64,000 nt of DNA, taken from the NCBI RefSeq assembly GCF_006345805.1, contig NC_043012.1, forward strand, positions 45,260,001 to 45,324,000, in the 5' to 3' direction. Of this stretch, positions 13,317-27,370 are shown piece by piece. The translations under genes were made by a program, and so were the position numbers. Each line of letters opens with the position of its first letter. The stretch's first letter is position 1. The notes beneath the pieces are model-generated. The model saw only the letters and a list, made by a program, of their open reading frames with translations, was not told the origin of the DNA and did not search any database. The stretch comes from Octopus sinensis (lineage: Eukaryota).

Positions 13317-13685
13317 AAGCCGGCGAACTGGCAGAGTCGCTACCAAACCGGAGAAACTCAGAACATAAAAAATTAGAACACAAAATCATCCGATTTTATG
13401 CTCTGAGTTCAAATTCTGCCGGATCGACTTTATATTTCGTCCTTTCGGGGCCGATAAGACAAGTACCAGTTGAGTACTGGAGTCTATGTAATCAGCTCAC
13501 CCCTCCTCCAACCTTGCTGGCATGTGCTAAAATTTAAAATCAATTTTAATATACGGCATAAGGTGGCGAACTCTTAAGATCGTTAACCCTTCGGGATAAA
13601 TGCTTGGTGGCGTTTCGTCCCTCTCTACGCTCTGAGTTTAAATTCCTCAAAAGACATTGTCTTTCATCATTGGAGGTCAATGAAA
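13317..13685 (+). mobile_element. Two adjacent decayed SINE family D copies (about 13317-13545 and 13560-13685)
   Basis: ggcgaactggcagagtcg...ctctgagttcaaattctgccgg..gacttt..tttcgtcctttcggggccgataagacaagtaccagttgagtactgg; tail fragments also at 15065-15135, 39640-39775 and 35120-35250 (minus). Confidence 0.7.
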
Positions 13686-14462
13686 TTGGGTCATCCCATA
13701 AATAATACAGTTTTTTTATACTTCTATTTTCCAAAATTATGATATATTTAGTTATTTTTAAATCTAAAATATACTCTCTTTCATTTTCTACAATGCTTTT
13801 TCATTTATCTGGTAGACTTGCAAGGCCTCTCTTCCAAAATTTGCTTGGCCATGACGACAAGTACTCCTCCAGTATTGTTCTGACCTCATCTACTGCATTC
13901 ATATTTCTTCCGTCCAAATGATTTTGAAATAAATGATAATGGGATGGGGCAATGTCCGGCGAATATGATGGGTGGGGGTCATCGTTTCCCACACTTCTCC
14001 GGTATGGAATATCATCCTCGCTGTATGTGACCGAGCATTATTCTGATGGAAGAACACCTTTCGTCTTGAAACCAAAGATGGTCGTTTTCCTTCAAGATCA
14101 AGTGATGATGGATGATTGAATGACCAAATCCAAGTTTCTCTGTTAGTTCCCCAACAGTTACGATGGGATTTTGTTCCATCAAGGTTTGCAGGATGTCCTC
14201 GTCAATCACTACAAATCTTCCAAGACGAGGCTCGTCTTCTAGGCCGTAGTTTCCGGTTCGGAACTTCCGGAACCACGGTTTACACTGGCTTACGCTTATT
14301 GTCCGATCCCCATATACTGCATTAATCTTCATCGCACTTTCCGTTGCGCTTTTACCTTCATTGAACATATAAAGCAAAATATACTGAATATGCTCCTTTG
14401 TCACTTCAATCATAGTTTTGAAAAAATAACTGTTAAAATCGAACTGCACTCTTCAAAACTTG
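13686..14462 (-). mobile_element. Internally deleted mariner (Mos1/SETMAR-like) transposase remnant
   Basis: HTH region KEHIQYILLYMFNEGKSATESAMKINAVYG...WFRKFRTGNYGLEDEPRLGR; C-terminal HPSYSPDIAPSHYHLF; central catalytic part missing. Confidence 0.88.
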
Positions 14463-14467
14463 CACAT

Positions 14468-14629
14468 AGGTGCAGGAGTGGATGTGTGGTAAGTAGCTTG
14501 CTTACGAATCACATGGTTCCGGGTTCAGTCCCACTGCGTGGCAACTTCGGAAAGTGTCTTCTACAATAGCCTCGGGCTGACCAAAGCCTTGTGAGTGGAT
14601 TTGGTAGCGGAAACTGAAAGACGCCTGTC

Positions 14630-14725
<96 letters not shown>

Positions 14726-14936
14726 TGTGTATCTGTGTTTGTCTCCCCAACATCACTTGACAAACGATGCTGGTGTGTTTAGGTCCCCGTAACTTAGCGG
14801 TTCGGCAAAAGATACCAGTAGAATAAGTACTAGGCTTACAAAGAATAAGACCTGGGGTCAATTTGATTCGACTAAAGGCGGTGCTCCAGCATGGCCACAG
14901 TCAAATGACTGAAACAAGTAAAAGAGTAAAAGAGTA
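14468..14936 (+). mobile_element. SINE family A, full length, with internal (TA)n(TG)n
   Basis: gcaggagtgg.tgtgtggtaagtagcttgctt...ggttcagtcccactgcg head; gactaaaggcggtgctccagcatggcc..cagtcaaatgactgaaacaagtaaaagag tail; many near-identical copies in the window. Confidence 0.88.
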
Positions 14937-15559
14937 AGAATTAAAAAAATGGAAAATTACTACCTTCTTTTATAGCGAGGTGATGCCGGTAGCTTATCCC
15001 TACCCCCGACTTTTAGTTCATGTAATTGAAGAAACTGCATTATATATAGGATGACCTCATACCATTTGAAATATGGGTCGATGTAATCCACTTACCTCTC
15101 CTCGAAATTGCTGGTTTTGTGCCAAAATTTGAAACCAATATTAATATGTGAGTACACACACACACACACACACACGCACACACACACATATATATATACG
15201 GCAAACAAGAAAATAGAGAGGATACAAAACGACATACACTATCCGTAGACATTCCAGTGTGTCTATTTATTCCAAAGCATTAGAAAGTATTAGAAGAAAA
15301 CATACACATGTAGGGACTATATGTTAAACAAACATGTATTACCCAGCCAGTTCCTTACGACTGTTTCTGCCAAGACGCAACGTGATTCTCCATGCCATCT
15401 CCATCTCTTGCATGTATAAAAATATATACAGGCCAACAAATAACCACACACGCACACACACACATACACATGCACTTACCCTTATAAATGTGTGTCTGTA
15501 AGTTTAAGTGTGTGCGTGTGTGTGCGTGCGCACGTACGTGTTCACAGTGGTACATTGTG

Positions 15560-16890
15560 CTATCGAGACAGCTGAAGTACAGATACCGGCTTATACCAGT
15601 GTTCAAAACCTTCTTAGATAGGTTATCAATATTGCGTATTGAGGTGTTAAAGAGTCCAATATATGAGAAACAATCTCGCACCACATACTTTTCAAGATAA
15701 ATCATCAATATTTCACTACTTCTGCAGTTATTCCCTTCATGCCAGGTGATTTCCCATTATTCATTAGTGCTAAGTCTTTGTTGACTTCTTCTTAATCTGA
15801 GATTTCATCTAATTATTCTTTTAATTGGAGATGCTCAATATCGTCTAGTACTGAGTCATCAATCCCTTATGCTGTTCAATACTTCATGGCAGTCCCTCCG
15901 ATTATCATGCGTTTGGATGCTTCACTATCTTATTTCCATTAACAGATACAAAAGATGGCTCGTGTGGACCATAAACTATTCAGAAGTTGGTAGATTACCT
16001 TAGATTCTGTAGCATCTGATGCGTTATGAAGAGCTTCAGATTTTGCTTCCTACCAGGAATTCTGGATACTATGCAAACGAATTTAGACTCCACATTCCAC
16101 CGTCCTTAATGCTTCCACTTCTTTCTTCTTATCGATCGAAGGAAGAAGTTTCTTTTCATAGAGCTTTTCTTCCTGCAGTTTGCAAATCGCCTTATAATTC
16201 TCATCACCCCGGTCTCGCTGTTTCGTTTTCTAATACTCAGAGTTTCCTTAGATGTGTGATGTATTTATTCCTTGGAATACTCCCAAATATACATCTCGTT
16301 GTTAAAACAATGTGTGTCGCTACTCCCCCACCGCCAGTGGCCTTTCAAGAAAAATTTCATTTTTCTGATGTTAAGCATTCATTTCCAAGATGACTTGTGC
16401 GTAAGTATATTCGCGAGTGGATATGCACAGCACCAGATCCGCTTTTTGAACGTTGCAAAGTTTACCAACAGCTCAAATAAGTGAGACAATTGGCTTTCAG
16501 AACCAGTTTTCGTTGGTGCTCAGTATACTTGGGTGGATATGCTCTCAAGCTGACTATGACATTTCTTCCTGAGACAAGGTAATCTTTGCTGATATAAGTC
16601 ATCAGATTTACTACTGCCAGAAGAAAAACAGGATTTGTAGTTAGGCTCATTCTACAAATATTGCTACCTCATGAAGGAGGAATCCTAGGCATCAGACACT
16701 ACGATTCTTGCTATGGATATGAATTCAATACGCACTTGGGTCCCCAGACCACTAAACTTCATGTAGAATTGCCTTGCAAGTGTTCAGGCAAATGTCTGCG
16801 TATAATTGATTCACAGGTATTGCTAGAAATAAGAGCCAAAACAACTCAATACCAACAAAATGCAATGCACTTATTAATGAGACAGTAAGG
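15560..16890 (-). mobile_element. Heavily decayed RTE-type LINE fragment (endonuclease end to RT start)
   Basis: Minus-strand remnants IQNSW*EAKSEALHNASDATESKVIYQLL, GIDDSVLDDIEHLQ, EEVNKDLALMNNGKSPGMKGITAEVVK. Confidence 0.65.
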
Positions 16891-17065
16891 AAGACAAGCC
16901 CTCTACTATCTACAGATAGATCACCGATGATTTCACATTCTGATGCTTAACGCTTCTTAATGCTCATCTGTAGCACTCATCGCGCTTAGTCTTAAGCTCA
17001 TCGCACCATGGCAGGTTATAAGATCTACGTTGAAATCATATTATCTATAATTCTCACACTACCAT

Positions 17066-17270
17066 TTATGTATGTATGTATGTATGTATGTATGTATGTA
17101 TGTACGTACGTACGTATGTATGTATGTATGTATGTATGTATGTATGTATGTATGTATGTATGTATGTATGTGTATATATATATACATATATATATACATA
17201 TATAGATAGATAGAGAAATAGATAGATAGGTAGATATATAAACACAAACACACATACATACATACACATT
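17066..17270. repeat. (TATG)n-dominated compound microsatellite
   Basis: Directly visible. Confidence 0.95.
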
Positions 17271-19187
17271 TGCATGATGTATTTTGGGTCTCCTCAGTTC
17301 GAAACCAATTTTTAAATTAAGATTTCATGGCGCACTACCTTAACCATGGCAGCACCGACCTGTCATCAACGCTATGACATACTAATCAAAATAACATGGT
17401 TAACGGTAAGAACTCCAAGGATGAGAATCTTCAAATAATCGCAATATAAACCTTTTCTATGTTGGAATAATGGATTCACTTCTTTCTTGACTCATAAGAC
17501 ATGCCATCTTGAATTGTAAGACATGTCATCTCGGGCAAAATTGTTAGTCAGGGCATCAGTCATTTTACTTATCTTTATCTTTTTTTCTTTTTGTCAATAT
17601 TTTTCTACTTCATAGTTAATAATTTTTCAAGTTGCGTACACGTTTACCTAGGCTATTTCACGGAAGTGTTCATAATAACTTCATTGAAACACTGACTCAA
17701 CAGGGATCCTCGATAATTATTACTGTTCCGTGGTTATATAATATTAATTGTATTTATATACCATATGTCAATGGGAAATAACTGATAAGGGGTTAAATGT
17801 CTTAACTATAGTTTCTGGGCGGATTGCGAACCATTAACCTCTGCAAGCTGTTCCTCATGCGTAGTTGCATTGTTGAAACAATATAATCACACAGACTATG
17901 GAAATTGAAGCCTCATTTTGAGAACTAACAGTAATAAAATTAAATAATACAAATGCTTGCCATTCCTGGATTTCTGTGTAGTAGAAAAATAGCAAGAGAA
18001 GAAGAGAGGTAGTCATAAAGTAAATAACGATGTTGTTTTATTAATGCTATTAAATATTGTTATAGTTAATATGATGCACATAGAAAATTTAATCTTAAAA
18101 TTGAAATATCTATCAAATCTATATAGAAATTGCATTTTCTAAAATAAATAGAATTATTCATTATTCTTTTAGACAAGCCAAGAATCCACAATTCTGTGGT
18201 GTGCATTGAGTTGAAGAATGATAATGATTCAGTCGTATTGATTATTTCACAGCAATAAATATGTAACGCGTGAATATTTCTTCTGTCAGTGCCAGTAAAA
18301 TCTGAGTTAATTTTACTAAAATATCTTAGTTTTATGGTCATTATTAAATTTAAGTTTTCTCCTGCTTCGTGAGTAAATATAAGCATGGACTAAAAATAAA
18401 ATTGTATGGATAGTGATAAAATTGTATGATATTGCCGGAAACTAAAGAATAGTTACTGAGGAAAGAAGGTTTGAGAAGGTTACATAATATAAAGCATAGA
18501 TTGATAACAACACTCGGCAAAATCGATTCGTCTAGAATTAGTATCTTAATGCAATTCATCATTGAAGAAATAAAATGGAATTTTATTGTACCATTTCAGT
18601 TAATAATGTACAACTTTGAAATAATGGAAGAATAAATGATCTCTCCACATCTGGAACAAACAGGGATGGGATGGGGAAGAAAATATAAAATATAAACTAG
18701 CGTAATGAATAGAGTACAATAAAAAAAAGATATGCTTAGTACTAAAATGTATGTCATAGAAGCAACGTCTGAATTTGTCAGAGGCTACGGCACAGTTTCA
18801 AATCTTTTTTTATAACCAATTTACAGTAGTTACATCAGTAAAATTTTAGAATTCAAATCTCTGAGTGAGATTAAATCAGTGAGAACACTCTCAATATTCG
18901 TGAACCATGTGACTGACGTTTTACCGAGACAAATATGTATCCTGCAGCACATGACCAGTTATAATCTCTAGACCAAGTCGTTTAATCATAGTTACGCAAA
19001 TGCCGACAGAAAGGGTATGTAAAACTTTTTCACTCATACTATTTTTTAGAAGTTATAATCTGATTGTAGTATACGACAGTAATAAATCTAAGGAGATAAT
19101 CGGCGCTGAAATGTGTTTTTGATTGCTGATTACAGTCATTTAATTCCATGACTATTACTATTCATCATCATAATCTCTCTTTCGCTT

Positions 19188-19221
<34 letters not shown>

Positions 19222-19337
19222 CCCCTTTCTCTTTGTATCTCTGTATCTATATGTATCTTTATGTATCATTGTGTGTATCGTTGTGTGTGTGTGTGTGTGT
19301 GTGTGTGTATAAGATACAAGATACATACAAACATGCA

Positions 19338-19948
19338 AGCATATATTGCCAAATCGGCTGCAATGAAGATAGGCTCACTTCTTCGTTCGAGGAGTTATCT
19401 CACTCCTGAGACTATTCTTTATCTTTATAAGTCCACCATTCGCCCTTACGTTGAGTACTCTTGTCACATAGGGGCTGGTGCTCCTGCGTATTTTTTAACT
19501 CTGTTGGATCGCACTCAACGCCGTATTCGAAATACAATTGGTCCTGATCTATCTTCAAAATTGGATTCACTCTCTCATCTTCGTCGTGTGTCTTCCCTAT
19601 CTCTTTTCTACAAGTATTTTCATGGACATTGTTCAGCTGAGCTCTCTTCTTTGGTTCCTCCTTTAAGAACTTATCAGCGATCGACTAGATTTTTATCCAG
19701 TTCTCATCAGTATACTGTGCAACCTCCTAGGTGCCGTAAAGCACTTTATAGTACCAGTTTCTTCCTTCGCACCTCTGGACTTTGGAATTCCCTTCCACGG
19801 TCTTGTTTTACTCTTCAATATGACCGCCAGTCTTTTAAGTCTTATGTACGTCGTCACCTGTTGACTTCTGTCTAGCGTCCATTTTATTCTAGTAGCTCTT
19901 ATGTTTTCAGTAGTCTAAGGACTGTGTAACGAGCGAACGCTTAAAGAA
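19338..19948 (+). mobile_element. 5'-truncated CR1/Jockey-group LINE 3' end, followed by (TACA)n
   Basis: Open frame KIGSLLRSRSYL...LYKSTIRPYVEYSCHI...LDRTQRR...RRVSSLSLFYKY...SFF.RTSGLWNSLP. Confidence 0.82.
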
Positions 19949-20149
19949 ATACATACATACATACATACATACATACATACATACATACATACATACACAT
20001 ACATACATACATACATACATGCATACATAAATGTATACATACATATATACATACATACAAGGAAACAAACACACGTTCATGCATTCTTACATACCCGCAA
20101 ACTTACCTAATACATACACAAATAGGTACATAATTACATAGACGTTTAG

Positions 20150-20465
20150 AAGGAACTATGTTCAGCAGTGAAAATCAGTGGCTCAGATGATGTCAACAAA
20201 ACGCTAAAGATCAACGAAAGAGAAAAAACAAAACATTTACCCTGAACTATTGAGGAGTTTTCAGCTATTCCACTCATATTACAAGTTCAGATTAGTACCC
20301 GAAATTAAGGGGGCACTAGGATATGTAATAAATTGCCCCAGAATTAATCTTGAGAAATTAGGGTTATAAATCCAGGAAAGAGAAAGTTAATTCGAAGACT
20401 ACAGGTGCAAGCCCGCAATGGAACTGTCAAAATATATAAAACTTTCCAAAATTTTAGATATGACA
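20150..20465 (+). mobile_element. Decayed 3' end of a restriction-like-endonuclease (RLE) non-LTR element
   Basis: Frame-broken KISGSDDVNKTLKINERE, YKFRLVPEIKGALGYV, LIRRLQVQARNGTVKIYKTFQNF, resembling the KY..L...PI.IGALG C-terminus of RLE elements. Confidence 0.5.
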
Positions 20466-20763
20466 TATGCATTGAGTATACATACATAATACACACCTTA
20501 CAGATCTACACTTGTACTGACTCCAAATAATTGCACATATACACATATACACAACTACCCTGTTGATGTTGAAATTTTACTGAAGGAAACTTGGATCTAG
20601 GTTAGAAGTAGGCTTCACTTTGGAAAGGAATCTAGAATTAAAACAATAGCATATATACACACATGCATACACACCACACATACACAAACATAAACACACA
20701 CACGCGCTAAGTATGCAAGGTTTCTGGTCGCAAAAGTGTATAGTTGGAGGTAGGTTAGGAACT

Positions 20764-21204
20764 ATCTGTGAGAATGTTTTAGAATTTATTAGGTTCTACT
20801 GACAGACACAGTCAAGGGATTTTCTGAAATCAAGAAGGCTCGACTGCTTTGTATATAGTTGTATTGTACGAGATATTAATGTTGAGTAACATATTTTAAA
20901 TCCTTTTCTGAGCTGTACAAGTCGTCACTTTACAGGGAAAAATACACAATGAAGTGGTAACTATTTTCATTACATTTCATTGCCCAAAGACACCATTTTT
21001 TTAGGACGGGACCCTATTATAAAGCGTCATTTTGTTTTTGCTTTTAGATGTTTAGCTATGTGCAGAGAGATAGATACGACTAAGAATTTGGTTAGGTTAG
21101 AAGCCAATACAATAGAACTTTGGGCATGATTACAGAATTAATTAGTCTATAATATCTGTGGGAATATTTTAGGATTTACTAGGTTCTAATGATAGACACA
21201 GTCA
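20764..21204 (+). repeat. 51-bp imperfect direct repeat (20764-20814 and 21154-21204)
   Basis: atctgtgagaatgttttagaatttattaggttctactgacagacacagtca vs atctgtgggaatattttaggatttactaggttctaatgatagacacagtca. Confidence 0.75.
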
Positions 21205-21229
21205 TGTGTTTGTACACATAGCAGCTACA

Positions 21230-21555
21230 CATTAGAAATAGAGACAGGAAGTGTTATTTATTAGCAGCAGAAATGAAGCCGTAACATTTGAGTGGGAGAG
21301 GTCTACAGGGTAGGAACAGAAATAATCTGACCGCTGGCTGGAGAAGGTAAGTGGAGCGCCGTAACGGCAAATAATTAGAGGGTCATTAATATCGTTTAAA
21401 ACGTCCAGTTGAGAGAGGTGAGGGTGAGGAGAATGAAAGCATAGAGGCGAATTTGAGAAAAACGTGAATACAGGTTATACTTTGAGCAGTGAAGAAGATA
21501 AAAGGGTCTAGATATGAAGTTACCTTGCAGATGGCATCAGCTCCAATTTATTACT
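21230..21555 (-). mobile_element. Possible highly decayed CR1-group LINE 3' fragment
   Basis: Minus-strand KIGADAICKVTSYL and HLSQLD..INDPLI weakly resemble the element at 19338. Confidence 0.3.
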
Positions 21556-22119
21556 GGTACTGACTTGATAAAAGAAAAAAAATCAATTCTTCTACGATTT
21601 GATCTCGAAATAGAAAGACTTAATAGTGCACTTAGTTTGGCCGCTCAGTGTTTTTATCATCTCCTTTATTTCGTAGTAAAATAATAGACCATTAACATAT
21701 ATGAAGAATGACATATGATTATGGGAATTTAATATAGTCGGCAGATATTAGAGACACGAGGGAGGGAAATAGATACAATATCACATTCACCGTATCACGG
21801 AATTGCAGTACATGTCAGAAAACATGTTGATGCCCGGTAGAATTTCATTTGCAAAGTTTGAAGATGAACTACCTGTCAACTACTGTTGAATTTGGCTATT
21901 TCGTTTGGAAATCATTCCACGTAAAAGTTGGTGCAAAAACCTACTGAAAAAGGGTGGATTAAGATAAAAAAAAAAAACGGAATTCACATTGATTGGTCGA
22001 AATCCACAAACCAATGCAGTTACAGTACTTTTCAGAATGTACCTTATTGAAGAAAGGAAATAATATTGTTCCAGAAAACCTAAAATTAAACAATTTCAAG
22101 CTTGATAGGTTGATAATGA

Positions 22120-22120
<1 letters not shown>

Positions 22121-22207
<87 letters not shown>

Positions 22208-22461
22208 TCACACACACATATATATATGTATTTATATATGGAAAATAATGTTGTTTAAATGTCGAAGCACGTATATGTCATATTTGAGGTGAAGCATTCT
22301 TCAGAAATGAAACAAATTAGCTAGCTCAACATATTTTCTTCGCAGACAAGGTAGTCTACTGAGACAGGAGAAACAATGACAAACTAAGCAGTTTAAAAGC
22401 TAAATGTGTTATTCGATATTTTCCAAGTTATTATGTTCCAATATAAAGTAACGCTATTGTG

Positions 22462-22555
<94 letters not shown>

Positions 22556-22614
22556 TATATATGCGTGTGTATTACATATGTGTGTATACATGTATATATG
22601 TGCATATATATATG

Positions 22615-22661
<47 letters not shown>
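22121..22661. repeat. (CA)n tract 22121-22220 and long (TA)n tracts 22461-22661
   Basis: Directly visible. Confidence 0.95.
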
Positions 22662-22663
<2 letters not shown>

Positions 22664-23609
22664 GATTGTCAACTATTTATAGAATACTGTGTCTTTCAAG
22701 CGATTATTGGATATTAAGTTATTTTTTTCAAACCCATTTAAAATTTCTCTTCAGTTGATAATAATAGAAAAAGACATTTGTAAGACATCAAACAAGTTAT
22801 CATTACTGACAGAAATACTTAGTTTACAGATTTTTGGAGTGGCAGAAATGGTTGCAAGCTAAAATAGATAGTTTACTCAATAAAGTAAATGCCTTCACAT
22901 TTCGAGATCAAATTCTGAGTCGAATTTACCATTCATTTCTCCGTATTTTGAAGCAGCAATATAGTAGGGTTTAATTTAATGAACTTCCTGATCAATGTGA
23001 TATAAAGTAAGCGTGATCTTTATATAGGAAGACCCACCTTACCTGAAAGCAGGAGCGTCTTATACATTTCAATTTCAGTTGTATAAATTTCACTTGAAAT
23101 CATTTCCCTTAGGTAAATAATGCCCAATAGACATATAAAAATATTTCAGTTTGAAAAATCATTTAAATATTTTGTTTCATTAAACTAAATCAAATGTTTA
23201 AGGACTATTTGGTTTACATGAACCCTTCTTTGCCCTGGAAGGAGAAGAATAAACTTTGCGATGCAACTTGCATGTAAAGAAACTAGAATTTGGGTTTCTG
23301 CATATGTATTACTCTACCATAAAATGTCTGGTTTAAATATTTGAATTGTTCCATTCTGAGGAAGAATTAATCATAAAATCCTTCTGTTAGTGATATGGAG
23401 GGGTGATCGTTTACGAGAAGGAGCTAGAGAAATTTATCTGAAATGTTTGTTATTTTTGGTCGGCTTGGGCACCGGAATAGATGTATATTTTGGAGTAGTA
23501 GTAATAATAGTGCTTCAATTAAGACGAATCAAAGAGTGCATAATTCATTATACATGTATTATGTAACTTATCACTTGTTATGACTATCGCTTAGCTTATA
23601 GAAACTTAA

Positions 23610-26600
23610 AAGTTGGTTTGTTGATGAGTACCTCAAAGAAATCCGGAGTGGAGCCCCGAAGGCGGTCTAGTGTTCGACTCGACACTCTTCCGGCAGCTCC
23701 CGCAACCAAGCTGGTGCCAAACGTAATGCACTGCACTCCTTTGGACTACATCAGCAAGGTCGAGAGAGAAAACCTGATGATTGGGCTACCCAGGACTTTC
23801 TTATCTCTAGCCCAGGCCAGTGCAAAACTGGAGAGGACACTTCAGTGCTGCTGTAAAAAGCTACAGAAACAACACGGGAGGTAACAGTCACGAGTGATAA
23901 GTCCATTCAGATTGGCGTAAAATATGGGCGCTACGGGTTACCTCTGACGGTGGGAGGGACCTCCGTGTCCTATTGGTTAGCTACTGCCCACCTCAAGCTG
24001 GGCAGCCCCCAGTTAATAAGGTGCTGACCCGCCACAGGCCGCCTGCTTCATTGGGTGCTTGGAGCTAAGAGTATGACTTGAAAAACGGCCTGCAACCTCT
24101 GCACCAGGCAAACAACTAAAAGTGAAGAAAACACCAGTCCTGCGGTTGGCAAGCTGGAATGTCAGGACCATGTGCCCTGGAATATCTGATGATCTACTCA
24201 GGGTTGAAGACACAAGGAAAACAGCCATCATTGACCGTGAACTAAAGAGGCTCAACATAGACATTGCTGGGCTACAGGAGACAAGACTTCCCTCAAACCG
24301 CAAACTCAAAGAGCAGGATTTCACCTTCTTTTGGCAGGGAAGAGATCCAGAAGAACCTCGTCAACATGGCGTTGGCTTTGCAGTGAGAAACTCACTACTC
24401 TCCTCAATAGAACCACCATCATGAGGCACTGAGCGAATCCTCTCACTGCGCCTCTCGACTGCTTCTGACTCAGTACATCTACTCAGCATCTATGCTCCCA
24501 CTCTCTACAGCTCAGAGGAGACCAAGGACCAGTTCTACAAAGATCTCAACTGTGTCATAGAAATATACCAACGACTGAAAATATCTACCTTCTAGGGGAT
24601 TTTAACGCTCGCGTGGGATCTGACCATGATTCGTGGCCCATTTGTGTTGGACACTTTGGTATTGGCAACATGAATGACAATGGTCAGAGACTATTCGAAT
24701 TCTGCACATACCACAACCTGTGCATCACAAACACATTCTTTACCAACAAGCCATCCCACAAGGGATCTTGGAGACATCCAAAATCTCACCACTGGCATCA
24801 GCTGGATCTCATCATTACACGGAGATCCTTTCTGAATTCTACTCTATTGACCCGCGGTTACCACAGCGCGGATTGTGACACAGACCACTCACTAATTAGA
24901 AGTAGGGTGAGGATTCTACCTAAAAAGGTCCATCGCTCCAAGAAAGTGGGCCGACCACGCATCAACACTGCCAGAACCTCGGACCCTACACTGCGAAAAT
25001 GTTTTGCTGCTTCTATCAAGGTTGCCCTCAGTGGCTGCCCAACCTCCTCTGCTGAAAGTAGGTGGAACTATATCAGGGAAGCTTTGTATACGACATCAAT
25101 AGATACTTTCAGCATGAGAGAAAGGCAAAACCCAGATTGGTTCAATGCTGGGCTCTCAGAGCTGGAGCCAGTTAACGAAGCAAAGCGTGCAGCTCTGATG
25201 CAATACAAGACTGGCTCTTCTACAAAGTCACTCGAAGAACTCAGAAAGGCACGAAATAAAACCCAACTGACAGCCAGACGCTGTGCAAATAGGTATTGGC
25301 AGGAAATCTGTCAGAGCATCCAGTCAGATGCTGACAGTGGCGACACCCGTGGGATGTATGCCGGTTTGAAGAAGGCTCTCGGACCATCCGCAACCAAATC
25401 AGCCCTTCTGAAATCAACTACTGGAGATCTCATCAGGGATCAAAGCAAGCAAATGGATAGATGGGTGGAGCACTACCAGGATCTCTACTCACGGGAGACT
25501 ACAGTGGCTGAGGCTGCAGTCGAGAGTGTCAAGATCTTGCCAGTCATGTGCGAACTTGACAGTCCGCCATCTATAGCAGAGTTCATCAAGGCTGTTGACT
25601 CCCTAGCAAGAAACAAAGCTCCGGGAAAAGACGGCATCCCCCTCAGAGATCATCAAAGCCGGCAAAAACACCATCCTGCTTCGGCACCTTCATGAGCTTC
25701 TGTGTCAGTGCTGGGAAGAGGGTACAGTCCCTCAGGATATGCGGGATGCTAACATCATTACGCTTTACAAAAACAAAGGTGACCGTGGTGATTGTAACAA
25801 TTACCGTGGAATACCTCTTCTAAGCACTGTTGGAAAGACCTTTACCCGCGTTATCCTGGCTAGGCTACAACTACTTGCTTCTCGAATCTATCCGGAATCG
25901 CAGTGTGGCTTTAGAAGAAGCAGATCAACTATCGATATGATATTCTCCATACGCCAACTTCAGTAGAAGTCCAGAGAGCAGAGAATGCCATTATATATGG
26001 CCTTCATTGATCTAACAAAGGCCTTTGACTCGGTAAGCAGAACAGGCTTCTTCACCCTGCTCCAAAAAATCGGATGTCCACCAAAGCTGCTGAGGATCAT
26101 CAAGTCTTTCCATGATGACATGCAAGGCACCATACAGCACAACGGTTCAACATCAGCCGCCTTCCAAATAAAAAACGGGGTAAAGCAAGGTTGTGTCCTC
26201 GCTCCTACATTGTTTGGCATCTTCTTCTCGCTCTTACTCTCACATGCCTTTCAGACATCAGATGATGGAGTGTTTCTGCACAGTAGAAGTGACGGGAAAC
26301 TGTTCAATCTCTCGCGCCTGCGTGCCAAGACCAAAATCAGAAACGTCCTAATCATTTGCTGATGATGCCGCTCTGGTATCACACACAGAAGAAGCCCTCC
26401 AAAGGCTCATTAACTGTTTTGAGCAAGCATGTAACGACTTTGGCTTAGCTATCAGCCTTAAGAAGACCAACATCATGGGTCAGGCTACATCGGACATCCC
26501 AAACATACATATTGGAGACCACAGATTACAAGAGGTGGAGAAGTTTACCTATCTGGTCTCTACCGTCACCTACAATCTATCCCTCGACGCTGAGCTCAAT

Positions 26601-27370
26601 ATACGCATTGGCAAGGCAGCTGCTGCGATGGCCCAACTCTCCAAACGGGCTTGGAACAACAATAAGCGGACCAAGACCACGAAAATGAAGATCTACCAGG
26701 CATGTGTACTTAGCACTCTACTGTATGGAAGTGAGACTTGGACGCTATACACACGCCAAGAGCGTCGCCTAAACATCTTTCACCTGCGCTGCCTCCGGAA
26801 AATCCTCCGCATCAAATGGCAGAACCATATCCCCAACAAAGATGTCCTCAGGCAAGCAGGAATACCAAGCATGTTTGCACTCCTCACACAAAGACGTATG
26901 AGATGGCTTGGGCATGTTAGCCGTATGAAAGATGGCAGAATCCCCAAGGACATACTTTACGGAGAGCTTGCTAGGGGTACTAGGTCTGTGGGTAGACCGC
27001 TCTTACGTTACAAAGATGTTTGCAAAAGGGACATGAAGGCCTGCAACATCAATATTAGTGGTTGGGAGGCAGTTGCCGGCAACCGTGGAGACTGGCGACG
27101 CACCGTAAGAGAGGGAATACAAAGGGGTGACAGAGAGAGAGAGGAGAAATGGAAAGACAAGAAAAGACGTCAACAAGAAACTATGGCATTACAACCAGCC
27201 AGGAACAGTCTTCGCTACATTTGCGGTACCTGCCAGAGGGAGTGTTTGTCCAGGATATGACTACACAGCCACAGCAGGAAATGTATCAGGACATGAAATG
27301 TAAAAGCCGGACTAGACTACTTTATGCGCAACTCCATTGTCTCCCGAGACAAAAAGGATGCCAACCAACC
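23610..27370 (+). mobile_element. Near full-length RTE-clade LINE (AP endonuclease and RT), inactivated by several stops and frameshifts
   Basis: LASWNVRTM, IAGLQETR, GDFNARVG, QLDLIITRR, DCDTDH, NYRGIPLLS, QCGFRRSRSTIDMIF, FIDLTKAFDSV, GVKQGCVLAPTLF, FADD, RWLGHVSRM..GRIPKDILYGEL, C-terminal YICGTCQRECLSRI; 3' end ccattgtctcccgagac...gatgccaaccaacc. Confidence 0.93.

Noticed and set aside
23774-23800. CUGAUGA in the RTE 5' UTR as a hammerhead
   Set aside because: The following hairpin is followed by GAC rather than GAAA, and there is no stem III or NUH site
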